DNA of 64,000 bases from an uncultured delta proteobacterium (GTDB lineage: Bacteria; Desulfobacterota; Binatia; UBA9968), in assembly GCA_963728565.1 (NCBI GenBank), contig CAVSLC010000006.1, positions 56,940-120,939 on the forward strand. Reading direction: 5' to 3'. The notes beneath the pieces were generated by a model, which was given only the letters and a program-made list of their open reading frames with translations, was not told the DNA's origin and did no database searches. Both the position numbers and the translations under genes were made by a program. Below are positions 9,217 through 18,055 of the stretch, piece after piece (position 1 is the first letter of the stretch; each line of letters opens with the position of its first letter).

Positions 9217-11787
9217 CTCCATGGCATGCGAGTGAAGTGCGCCAGTGGAACGGTTTCGAGCCAATCAAGCGGCATGGCGCCGAGGGCGATTAGAATCAGC
9301 AGCAGAAGCGCGAACACCGCAACCTCACTTGTTTGGAAGTCGTTATAGCGAATATCGGAGCGATGCGGACCAAACAGAAGCCGCTGCATCATTCTGAACA
9401 GATACCACGATGCCAAGAACCAGGTGAATAGAATCACCATCAGTCCCCACGTAACCGTAGCCGAAGCCTGCAGCAACATCGCCACATACGCGGAAAAAAC
9501 GCCAAACGGAAGCAGGCCTACGGCGGCCATAACCAACAAAGAAAACACGGTAGCAAAGCGGGGCATCGGCGCTGCCAAACCGTGCATGCCGTGTAAAGTC
9601 AAATCGCCGTACCGCCCACGCACGCGCTGCCAAGCAAGGAGCAGTCCGGCGGAAATCAATATTGTCGTGACCAAGTAGATGATTGATTGAGCAGCCAGGG
9701 TTCCTGTAATGCCGAGACTCCACCACAGAGCTGAAAAGAAAGCTACGCCGGCATAGGCCACAAGTTGCGGAACTGTTGTTTGACCCAATGCTTTGAGCGA
9801 TCCATACACCGCGCCGAATAGGGCCAGCAACGCTCACGGCACGAAGAGTCTCGACCGGGAGATCCGGCATCAACTGAGCGATCCCGAACACTCCCGCCGC
9901 AGGCAGCAGCATGGCCAGCGCGATTGCTTGATATCCTGGCCGGCGCGTGAGCGCAGCCACGTAGATTCCGTGCAGGGGAAAGAGTGGCAGCAGAATAGCA
10001 ATCAAGATGAATAACCCGATTTCCGCCGGCTGAGCCGGCAGCCGCGGGCCGAAGGCTAGTGCCGAGCCAATGGCGATCAAAGCCGCCACATACGGGAAGA
10101 CTCTGCTCGCATTCAGGCGATCTACCTCACGTCTAAAGAGTTGAGTGAATCTTATGGCTAGCGCATCGAGGTAGAGCCGATTCATCAAAAGCAGGTAAAT
10201 ACGAACCCGTAAGTTATTCACCCATTCCGGCATGCCGATCGTTCGCCCATGGCTCTCCGCATAAAGCAGAATCCAGCCAAGAATGATGACCAAGGCAAAG
10301 GCCGATACCAAGACATCGAACAATAGGACCGGTAAAGCGCCGGCTCGAAAGTGGGCAGCTACCTCGCCCGGCGCCGGAAATAAGAAGTGCGTGAAGCTTT
10401 CCGCTGCCAGCAGATAGGTGACGACCACAAGGAAGAGCGTAAAGAGCATGCTCATAGCCACCTTCCAAGTAGCGACCGCCCGCAGGCGATATAGTGTCAG
10501 GATGGCTTGGGAAGAGGTGGCCCAGCCGAAGAAGAGAAAGATCGTCGTTCCCTGTGAATCTCCCAATGGAATGCGCAGGATGCCATGAGCCGCCAGCAAG
10601 ATGATCAACGGAAGGATCAGGGTTGCAAGAAATCCGGTGAGCCACGTTAGAATCGAAAATTGTCTTCTCTCCGCCCTCTCGATTTTGGGAGGCAGTCTAG
10701 GTTTTTGACGAGCGGCATGAATCACGTAGCCGCAATTTAAAAATATGGTGCCTTTAAACAGGCCATGGGCGATTAAGTGAAAGATTGCCAGGCCGTAGGC
10801 GCCCAGACCGCATTCCATGATCATAAAGCCCATCTGTCCAATGGTTGAGTAGCCCAGGGTCTTCTTGATGTCGTTTTGAACCAGCATCATGGAAGAACCC
10901 AGAAGAGCGGTGAGCATGCCGACGGCGAAGACCAGATGGAGCACCGCAGGATTCAGGTCATAGAGCGGCGCCAGCCGGGTCAAGAGAAAACCGCCGGCGT
11001 TGATGATTCCGGCGTGCAGCAGGGCGGTGACCGGTGTCGGCGCGTACAGATAATCGGGCAGCCACATGTGCAATGGAAATTGCGCCGACTTGGTCATGGC
11101 GCCGATGAAAATCAATAAAGTGACGGCGGTGTCGGCGCGCATCTCGAAGCTACCGCCGGGCCCGAGAAAGAGCGAGCTTTGGACCTCGGCGGCGCGCAAA
11201 AAGAGCTGCTGAAAATCCAAGCTGCCGTACGTGCGATACGCGAGCACGATCGCGGCGAGAAAGGCAACGTCGCCGATGCGCTGCATAACGAATGTTCTAA
11301 AGGCGCCCCGGACCGTTAGTGGATGGCTGTGGTTGTGAGACAGGAGCGGCACGAGCCAACTCAGCAGTTGCCAGAATATGAAGAGCATTAGTAGATTGGA
11401 GCTCGACACCATGCCGAACAGAACGAAACCGGTAAAAGCCAGTAAGCTGTGAAAGCGCGTATATCCGCGCTCCTGTTGCATGTAGCGGATCGAAAATAGA
11501 TGGATCAGGCTGCTGATTGCGGCGATATGCACGAGCATCACGGACGAAAGTCGGTCAATGTGCAAACCGAATTGTAAGATGTTGTCGTGCCAGGGTGATA
11601 AATGAATGGTTTGTGGCCCGCGAGTGGTTACTTCGTAAAGGACCAGCAGCGAGAGCGCGAAAGAAATCACTTCCGCCGCCACGCCTATCCGGACAGCCTT
11701 AGGGCCGAGCGTGCGTCCCAGAAGGCCGATGATCAACCCCGCCGCCAACGGCAAAAGGAGTATCAACGCAGGATAATAAGCGAGCAT
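9213..11787 (-). CDS. dabB: DabB, NuoL/ND5-like membrane subunit of DAB, with one frameshift near 9830
   Basis: IDRLSSVM, KSAQFPLHMWLPD..YAPTPVTALLHAG, DIKKTLGYSTIGQMG and HLIAHGLFKG; hydrophobic reading continues in ORF 9213..9830 after a one-base shift. Confidence 0.88.
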
Positions 11788-11872
11788 GATCTTGGTGTAG
11801 AACCTGTCAATGCATCATATGACGATAAAGATCCTCGTCGCGTTTAAGAAATAGCTGGCCGCGCCGCAAGCC

Positions 11873-11902
11873 AAAAAAAGCCGGCCCTTTGAAGAGCCGG
11901 CT
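11873..11902 (-). terminator. Intrinsic terminator inside the dabB 5' leader
   Basis: Minus strand AGCCGGCTCT-TCAA-AGGGCCGGCT stem (one G-U pair) running into a 7-U tract, about 85 nt upstream of the dabB ATG. Confidence 0.85.
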
Positions 11903-11947
11903 ACCCCATACCGATCCCAACTGCCTGCTTCAGGCTATCGGTAGAAT
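11873..11947 (-). ncRNA. Candidate riboswitch or attenuator leader of the dab operon
   Basis: UACCGAU/AUCGGUA stem enclosing a GCCUG-AAG-CAGGC hairpin and an unpaired AGUUGGG, followed immediately by the terminator. Confidence 0.6.
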
Positions 11948-11953
11948 GTTTTT

Positions 11954-11982
11954 ACCATAACGTATGACTTTAGAGCAGTAAA
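11954..11982 (-). promoter_or_regulatory. Putative sigma70 promoter for the dab leader
   Basis: Minus strand TTTACT-N17-TATGGT, ending about 6 nt before the structured leader. Confidence 0.5.
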
Positions 11983-12326
11983 GCCATTGCCATCCGCTCA
12001 TGAGCCGAATAGCAGCCGCCTTTTTTTCACCAGGCAGCGAAACTGTGCTGATCAGCAAACCGGATGTCCGTCAGCTTCCTTGCCGTCCGCCAGCAGCGAT
12101 GCGAAAGACCTGGACACTCTTGACGGCTTAGTTTGCGCGCGGAAATCGTAACGGTGACCGTTAGAGGGTTCTCACAAGCTTGCTGTGCCGGATGCTGAAG
12201 AGTTTAGTTCAAATGAAAGCGCCATCAGACGTGCCGTGAAGAATGCCAAGTCGACGGACTATGTCTATCCCCGTTCTCGCTGGAGAGGTTCGGCCATGCC
12301 GACGCGCTGGATCGATGAAGCAAGTG

Positions 12327-12370
12327 CGTTCAAGCCGTTCAAACAGTTCAAATCGTTCAAAACGTTTTGA
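12327..12370. repeat. 9-bp tandem repeat, 4-5 copies of (C/A)GTTCAA(A/G)N
   Basis: CGTTCAAGC CGTTCAAAC AGTTCAAAT CGTTCAAAA CGTTTTGA. Confidence 0.8.
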
Positions 12371-12796
12371 AGGATGGCGTGACCGCAGCGGTGGCGGCGC
12401 ACCGGTACCTTACGAATATTTGAATTGAGCCGGGTCAGTCATTGCTCCGCGGCTGCTCATCTATTCCAACTCCGCTTAGGCAGGCTGCCTGCGACTATCG
12501 TCATAGAATTTAGAACCGATAACGACTAGTGTTGCGTTTCCGCGGATATTGGGTTCTTTTCTTCTCCAAGCATCAGCGAATCAAGATGCAGCGATCTGTG
12601 GGAAACGGCCGGCGAACATCAACTGCGGGATCCCGCGGATCCGGTCCATGTTTGTCCATCCCGATGATTCGACCTCACGGTTGCGGCGCATGGATGACTT
12701 GCATATAACGGACGAACAACCTGAAAAAAATCTTTATGCCATTTTTTGTATGAGAGTCTCACACAAACACCTGGTCACTTAGGAGGATGCAGTCCA

Positions 12797-13333
12797 ATGG
12801 CAATGCTCAAGATGCTTGACCCAAGAGCCGCTGTAAATCCCGAAGAGCGGCCTCTGATGCGGGGGTTGGATTCGCTGGAAGGGAAGGTGATCGGCATAAT
12901 CGACAATGGCCAATCGAATTCCACGGCGATGTTTCAAGAATTGGCGAAGTTGATGCGGGAAAAATTTCAAACAGCGGAAGTAGTTTTTAAAACGAAGCCT
13001 TCGCATATGCAGGGAGCGCCCAAACCGATTATTGAGGAATTTGTCAGCCGTTGTGATGCCGTGATCACCGGGTTGGGAGCTTGAGGGTCGTGCACGTCGT
13101 GGAGTGTCCACGACGCCATCGAGCTGCAAAAAAAGGGAAAGCCGACAGTGACTCTGTGTCAATCGATTTTCATGGAGCTGGCCAAGACCGAAGCGAAGTT
13201 CTTTGGGCTCGCTACGCTTCCATTGGTGGAAATTCCTCATCATCCAAGCGGCGGCGCCAGGGCCGGCGAGCATCGCGCCGATGCCGAAGGAGCGGTGGAT
13301 TCGGTGCGCCAGCGGCTGGTGCTGGCGAAATAG
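12797..13333 (+). CDS. UGSC-family selenoprotein (178 aa; in-frame TGA at 13082-13084 read as Sec)
   Basis: AGGAGG RBS and ATG 12797; the frame reads ...AVITGLGA-TGA-GSCTSWSVHDAIELQKKGKPTVTLC...IPHHP to TAG 13333; U-x-x-C redox motif; SECIS-like hairpin downstream. Confidence 0.88.
13095..13115 (+). promoter_or_regulatory. Bacterial SECIS-like hairpin
   Basis: Perfect 9-bp stem CGTCGTGGA/TCCACGACG with a GTG loop, starting at the 11th nt after the UGA. Confidence 0.7.
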
Positions 13334-13517
13334 AGGCCAGCACTGCCAGGTCAAACATAGCTGGATAAGAACATCGACGGAGTAATGGAGATGATTGTAA
13401 AAGCCCTCAGGGCGGTCCCCTAGCTCAATCCTTCGCCGCAAGGCGGAAGGAAGAAGACGCCAACCGCGAACACCCGGGCACAAGACCGCTCGTAAGCAGG
13501 TACTTAGGAGTTTGCTG

Positions 13518-14585
13518 ATGACGACCCTCACCTCACCAATCATTGAAGTCGAAGACAGTTGGGAAGCGGCCAACGATTGGTTCTGCCGTGAAAAGCTGAG
13601 CGATGGTTTACCGATCGTACCACCGACTCCGGAGCGCGTGACGAGAATGCTCGAGGGCGCCGGCCGTGATCCGCAGGAGGTGATCGGCCTCATCCCGCCA
13701 AAGTGGGCGCCGGCAAGCATAGAAAAGCTGGCCATCAACGCCGTTATGGCCGGATGCCTGCCGGAATACTTGCCGGTGATTATTGCCGCTGTCGAAGCAA
13801 TCTGCGAGCCTCGGTTCAATCTCTACGGCGTGCAGGCAACCACCGGGTACGTCGGTCCGGCGCTGCTTCTCAACGGTCCGATCAGGACCGCGCTCAACGT
13901 CAATTGCGACTCCGGCGTGTTCGGGCCTGGTTTTCGAGCGAACGCGACCATCGGCCGCGCGATTCGCTTGATACTCATCACGGTCGGCGGAGGTTATCCC
14001 GGCGACACCGACCGATCGACCTTCGGCTGGCCCGGCAAGTACACCATGTGCTTCGGTGAAAATCAGGAGAAAAGCCCCTGGGAGCCGTATCACGTGGAAA
14101 TGGGTTTCAAGCCCGATGACAGCACCGTGACCGTTTTCGGCATCAATGGTTTCCTGCCGATTCACACTGCCGGCAATCGCGGCGAGCAGGCGCTCTCCTC
14201 ATTGGCCGAAGTCTTAAAGATGCACCATGGCGTGAGCCATCTCGATGTCGGCAGCTTCGGAGGCGGAACGCCGCTCATCGGCCTCGGCATCGAAGACGCG
14301 GAGATCATGGCTCGGGACGGCATCACCAAGAAGCAAGTTAAGGATTATCTCTGGGAGCATGCGTCGTTGAACTTTACTGAAGTGCCCGCACGGCGCAAGG
14401 GACATAAAGGTGATGATGAGCTGCTGCGCGAATCGCCAAACGTCACGCCGGACGGGGTCGTTCACCTGTCGACCAAAGCCGAAGATATTATGGTCGTGGT
14501 GCTCGGCGGCAAGCACCGCCATTCGGTCTTCCTGCCGATGTGGACCGGCCGGAATACTTTGTCGGTGATTAAACCGATTCGATGA
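13518..14585 (+). CDS. Conserved uncharacterised partner of UGSC proteins (DGLPIVPPT family)
   Basis: SDGLPIVPPTPERV, EKLAINAVMAGC.PEY, GFRANATIGRA.RL and GKYTMCFGEN...SPW; AGGAG RBS. Confidence 0.75.
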   Translation: MTTLTSPIIEVEDSWEAANDWFCREKLSDGLPIVPPTPERVTRMLEGAGRDPQEVIGLIPPKWAPASIEKLAINAVMAGCLPEYLPVIIAAVEAICEPRFNLYGVQATTGYVGPALLLNGPIRTALNVNCDSGVFGPGFRANATIGRAIRLILITVGGGYPGDTDRSTFGWPGKYTMCFGENQEKSPWEPYHVEMGFKPDDSTVTVFGINGFLPIHTAGNRGEQALSSLAEVLKMHHGVSHLDVGSFGGGTPLIGLGIEDAEIMARDGITKKQVKDYLWEHASLNFTEVPARRKGHKGDDELLRESPNVTPDGVVHLSTKAEDIMVVVLGGKHRHSVFLPMWTGRNTLSVIKPIR

Positions 14586-14758
14586 TAACGGGCGCTGGAG
14601 CGACGGAGCGGCTCGCCGCTTACATTCGAGAGACCGCCGATTTCCTCTATATAGCCATTGCGACGGTGGACACGCTATAACCCCGAAGTACAGCGACCCT
14701 GTGTATCGGCATCCGGCACTGGCGAAACTGGCTAAGAGCTAAACGGAGGACCCTGGAG

Positions 14759-15754
14759 ATGAATCGAAAAACATCCGTATGCGCCATAACTGTTTTTTTT
14801 CTTTGCATCGGTTGGCGCGCCATGGCGCAGGACAAACTTAGAATGGGGTTGAGCTCGGTGAGCGGTTTGCACACCGCTGTCTGGGTGGCTGAAACAAAAG
14901 GACTCTTTCGCAAACATGGCATCGATCCTGAAGTGATCGTCACCGGCCAGGGTGGGACCGCCGGCATCAGTGCGCTCATCGCCAACGACGTGCAGATGGT
15001 GAATTCAGCCGGTGATGTCTTGGTCGCAGCTTCGTTGCGCGGCGGCGATACGGTCATGGTCGCCAGTGTTGTCAACAAAGGACTGCAACGCCTTATTACC
15101 AGGCCGGACATAAAGACGCCCGCGGAGCTGAAGGGAAAGCGGGTTGGCGTCACTCGCATCGGCGCGGTTTCCCATTCGGTTCTGCTCATGATGCTGCAGC
15201 GTTGGAAGATGAGCGTGAATGATGTCCAGGTCCTTCAACTCGGTTCCTCGCCGAGTATGCTGGCGAGCCTCGACAAGGGAGGTATCGAAGGAGCCGTGGT
15301 GACGATTCCTTCGATGTTCGTCGCCGAAGATCGCGGCTATAGAGTGTTGCTCGACATGGCGGATACGGATATTTACTACCTGCACACGATGGTCGCGACA
15401 ACGCGCCAATACATCAAAAACAATCGCGACAAAGTGGTGCGATTTCTCAAGGGTTACGTCGAAGGAATTGCGTTCGTCAAGCATAACAAGCAGGAGAGTT
15501 TGGACATCGTCAAGAAGAAGCTTCGCATCGGTCCCGAGCAGGAAAAAAACCTGGAACGCTCCATAGATCTGTTAATCGCGAAATACTACGAGTCTGTGCC
15601 ATATCCGTCCTTGCGCGGCGTCGAAACGGTGCTCGGCTTCATCGAAAAGGACAATCCGAAAGCCAAAGGCGCGGACCCTAAAATGTTTGTCGATGATAGC
15701 CTGCTGCGCGAGGTCGAAGCGAGCGGCTTCGTAAAAACACTTTACCAACGTTAG
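14759..15754 (+). CDS. SsuA/THI5-like solute-binding protein
   Basis: Signal peptide, VWVAETKGLFRKHGI, ELKGKRVGV, C-terminal FVDDSLLREVEASGF. Confidence 0.85.
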   Translation: MNRKTSVCAITVFFLCIGWRAMAQDKLRMGLSSVSGLHTAVWVAETKGLFRKHGIDPEVIVTGQGGTAGISALIANDVQMVNSAGDVLVAASLRGGDTVMVASVVNKGLQRLITRPDIKTPAELKGKRVGVTRIGAVSHSVLLMMLQRWKMSVNDVQVLQLGSSPSMLASLDKGGIEGAVVTIPSMFVAEDRGYRVLLDMADTDIYYLHTMVATTRQYIKNNRDKVVRFLKGYVEGIAFVKHNKQESLDIVKKKLRIGPEQEKNLERSIDLLIAKYYESVPYPSLRGVETVLGFIEKDNPKAKGADPKMFVDDSLLREVEASGFVKTLYQR

Positions 15755-15832
15755 GCGACTTGATATGGAGCGGAAAACAGCGTCACCTGAATCACACAAA
15801 GATCAACGAGAGAACATAAGGAGGAAAGAACA

Positions 15833-16666
15833 ATGGCAGAAGTAAAGGATTTCAAAACCGTCAAAGTTGAAAAGGATCAGGGCATTGCCTGGGTCATTCT
15901 TAATCGTCCCGAGAAGCGCAACGCTATGAATCCCCAGCTGCACTACGACATGCTCGAGGCGCTTACCGAACTGGAAGTCGACAAAGACAGCAAAGTCGTC
16001 GTGATCACCGGCGCCGGTCCGAGCTGGTGCGCCGGTCAGGACCTGCGCGAATATTTCAGGGGAACCGATACCAACCCGGTGGAACGGCGAAAAGCCAGCT
16101 GGGCCTCTCAGGAGTGGCGCTGGCGCCGGCTATTTACTTTTCCGAAACCGACCATCGCGATGGTCAACGGCTTTTGTTTCGGCGGCGCGTTTACGCCATT
16201 GATCGCCTGTGATTTCGCGATTGCCGCCGAGGATGCGATCTTTGGACTGAGCGAAATCAACTGGGGGATTTTCCCCGGCGGGCTGGTGAGCCGGGTGCTT
16301 GCCGATGCCATGTGCTACCGAGATGCGATGTGGTACATCATGACCGGCGATCCGTTTGACGGGAAAAAGGCTGCGGAATTGAAGCTGATCAATTACGCCG
16401 TGCCGAAAGAACAACTGCGTGACGAGACCGTCAAGCTTGCCAAGAAATTGATGGAAAAAAATCCCCAGGTGCTCAGAGCCGCCAAGGAAGTGTTCAAGTA
16501 CTGCCGCACCATGGACTACAACCAGGCGGAAGAGTATATGAGCGCCAAAGGCACTGCGCTTCGTCTGACGGATCCGGAGAAGGGCCGTGAGACGGGCATG
16601 AAACAGTTTCTCGATGAGAAGACCTACCGGCCCGGGCTGGGCGCTTACAACCGCGAGGCCAAGTAG
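15833..16666 (+). CDS. ech: p-Hydroxycinnamoyl/feruloyl-CoA hydratase-lyase (crotonase superfamily)
   Basis: LNRPEKRNAMNP, WCAGQDLREYFR, SQEWRWRRL, GLSEINWGIFPGG and GMKQFLDEKTYRPGL match the HCHL subfamily. Confidence 0.85.
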   Translation: MAEVKDFKTVKVEKDQGIAWVILNRPEKRNAMNPQLHYDMLEALTELEVDKDSKVVVITGAGPSWCAGQDLREYFRGTDTNPVERRKASWASQEWRWRRLFTFPKPTIAMVNGFCFGGAFTPLIACDFAIAAEDAIFGLSEINWGIFPGGLVSRVLADAMCYRDAMWYIMTGDPFDGKKAAELKLINYAVPKEQLRDETVKLAKKLMEKNPQVLRAAKEVFKYCRTMDYNQAEEYMSAKGTALRLTDPEKGRETGMKQFLDEKTYRPGLGAYNREAK

Positions 16667-16674
16667 GTAGAAAT

Positions 16675-16749
16675 TCAGATAGGTCAGAAGTCAGAGGTCA
16701 GAAAGTTGCCATACCGGAGCTGAGTAATTCGGATCTCTGACTTCTGATC
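16675..16749. repeat. Heptamer (GTCAGA-type) tandem repeat with an inverted counterpart
   Basis: TCAGATAGG TCAGAAG TCAGAGG TCAGAAA followed by TCTCTGACTTCTGATC in the intergenic gap. Confidence 0.65.
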
Positions 16750-16768
16750 GAGCGAATCTGGTTTAAAT

Positions 16769-17932
16769 ATGGACTTCAATTTACCCGAAGAGTTGCAGCT
16801 CTTAAAAGAGACCGTTCGCAAATTCGTCGACAGAGAGCTGATTCCGTTGGAGCGCGAGTGCCGGCCTGAGGGCGAGGACATGCCGGAACAATACATCAGA
16901 CCGCTCCAGGAGAAAGCAAAGGCTATCGGTCTTTGGCTGTTGGACGTGCCGCCTGAGTACGGCGGCGCGGGCCTCGATCTGATGAGCCGTTGCGTCATCA
17001 TGGAAGAGGTCGCGCGCACGGTCGCGATTCCGTTTCGCTATGCGCCGATCTTTGGCCCGGAAGTCCGGCCGGTGCTGTTTCATTGTAACGAGGAACAAAA
17101 GGAACGTTTTCTTTACCCGGTGATACGCGGCGAGAAGCGCGTTTGCTTCGCGCAAACCGAACCCGACGCCGGTAGCGATCCGGCAGGCATGAAAACCCGC
17201 GCCGTCAAGAATGGCGATCACTACATTATCAATGGCACAAAACGTTTCATCACCGGCGCCAAGTCGGCGGATTACGCTCAGGTGATCGCTGTGACCGATC
17301 CGGAAAAAGGCGCGCGTGGCGGCGTAACCTGTTTCATCGTCGATATGAAGGCGCCGGGTGTCACGTTGGAGCGCCTCTGGCCAACGATGATGGGCGACAC
17401 GCCAGGACAGATTCTCTTCGAAGATGTGCGCGTGCCTGCGGCGAACATCATCGGCGGCGAGGGCCAGGGCTTTGCGATCGCCCAGGGCTGGATACAAGAG
17501 GGACGCATTCGCGGCCACGGCGCGCGTCCGGTCGGCATCGCCAGCCGCGCGCTGGATATGATGATCGAATATTCCAAGGTGCGCACCACTTTCGGCCGCC
17601 CGCTGGCTGACCGGCAGGCGATCCAGTTTATGATCGCGGATTCGGCGATGGAGCTGCACGCTTGTCGGCTGATGGTCTATGAGTGCGCCTGGCGTCATGA
17701 CCGCGGTGAGGATGTCCGGCAATTATCGTACATGACCAAAATCATGTGCGCCGAAATGGCCAGCCGGGTGGTCGACCGATCGATTCAAGTGCATGGCGGA
17801 TTAGGGCTGATGCGGGATCTGCCGCTCGAGTGGTGGTATCGCCAGGTGCGCAGTATCCGCATTACCGAAGGAACTCCGGAAGTTTTGCGTTGGCGTCTCG
17901 CCCAGCACATCATCAAGAATCACAAATCCTGA
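16769..17932 (+). CDS. Acyl-CoA dehydrogenase
   Basis: CFAQTEPDAGSD, INGTKRFIT, R.TFGRPLADRQAIQF, QVHGGLG and RITEGTPEV. Confidence 0.92.
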   Translation: MDFNLPEELQLLKETVRKFVDRELIPLERECRPEGEDMPEQYIRPLQEKAKAIGLWLLDVPPEYGGAGLDLMSRCVIMEEVARTVAIPFRYAPIFGPEVRPVLFHCNEEQKERFLYPVIRGEKRVCFAQTEPDAGSDPAGMKTRAVKNGDHYIINGTKRFITGAKSADYAQVIAVTDPEKGARGGVTCFIVDMKAPGVTLERLWPTMMGDTPGQILFEDVRVPAANIIGGEGQGFAIAQGWIQEGRIRGHGARPVGIASRALDMMIEYSKVRTTFGRPLADRQAIQFMIADSAMELHACRLMVYECAWRHDRGEDVRQLSYMTKIMCAEMASRVVDRSIQVHGGLGLMRDLPLEWWYRQVRSIRITEGTPEVLRWRLAQHIIKNHKS

Positions 17933-18041
17933 CAGACTGCTGAAAAGACTCATATGCTTCGTTACCCCCGATCGACTGAAATGTACGTCCCGCGCGCCGA
18001 CCTTTGCGCCCCTCGCATTTGAGATCTTTTGAGCAGTCTGT
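17932..18041 (+). mobile_element. MITE-like palindromic element, copy 1
   Basis: Terminal inverted repeats ACAGACTGCTGAAAAG...CTTTTGAGCAGTCTGT; interior similar to 50772-50896. Confidence 0.65.
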
Positions 18042-18055
18042 AAAAAAAATTATCG

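Noticed and set aside
9820-9845. Programmed frameshift in dabB
   Set aside because: No slippery heptamer or stimulatory structure is visible; one extra base explains it, and similar indels occur throughout the window.
595-12370. Short repeats (595-728 and 12327-12370) as CRISPR arrays
   Set aside because: The units are 7-9 bp with no unique 25-45-bp spacers, and no cas genes are present.
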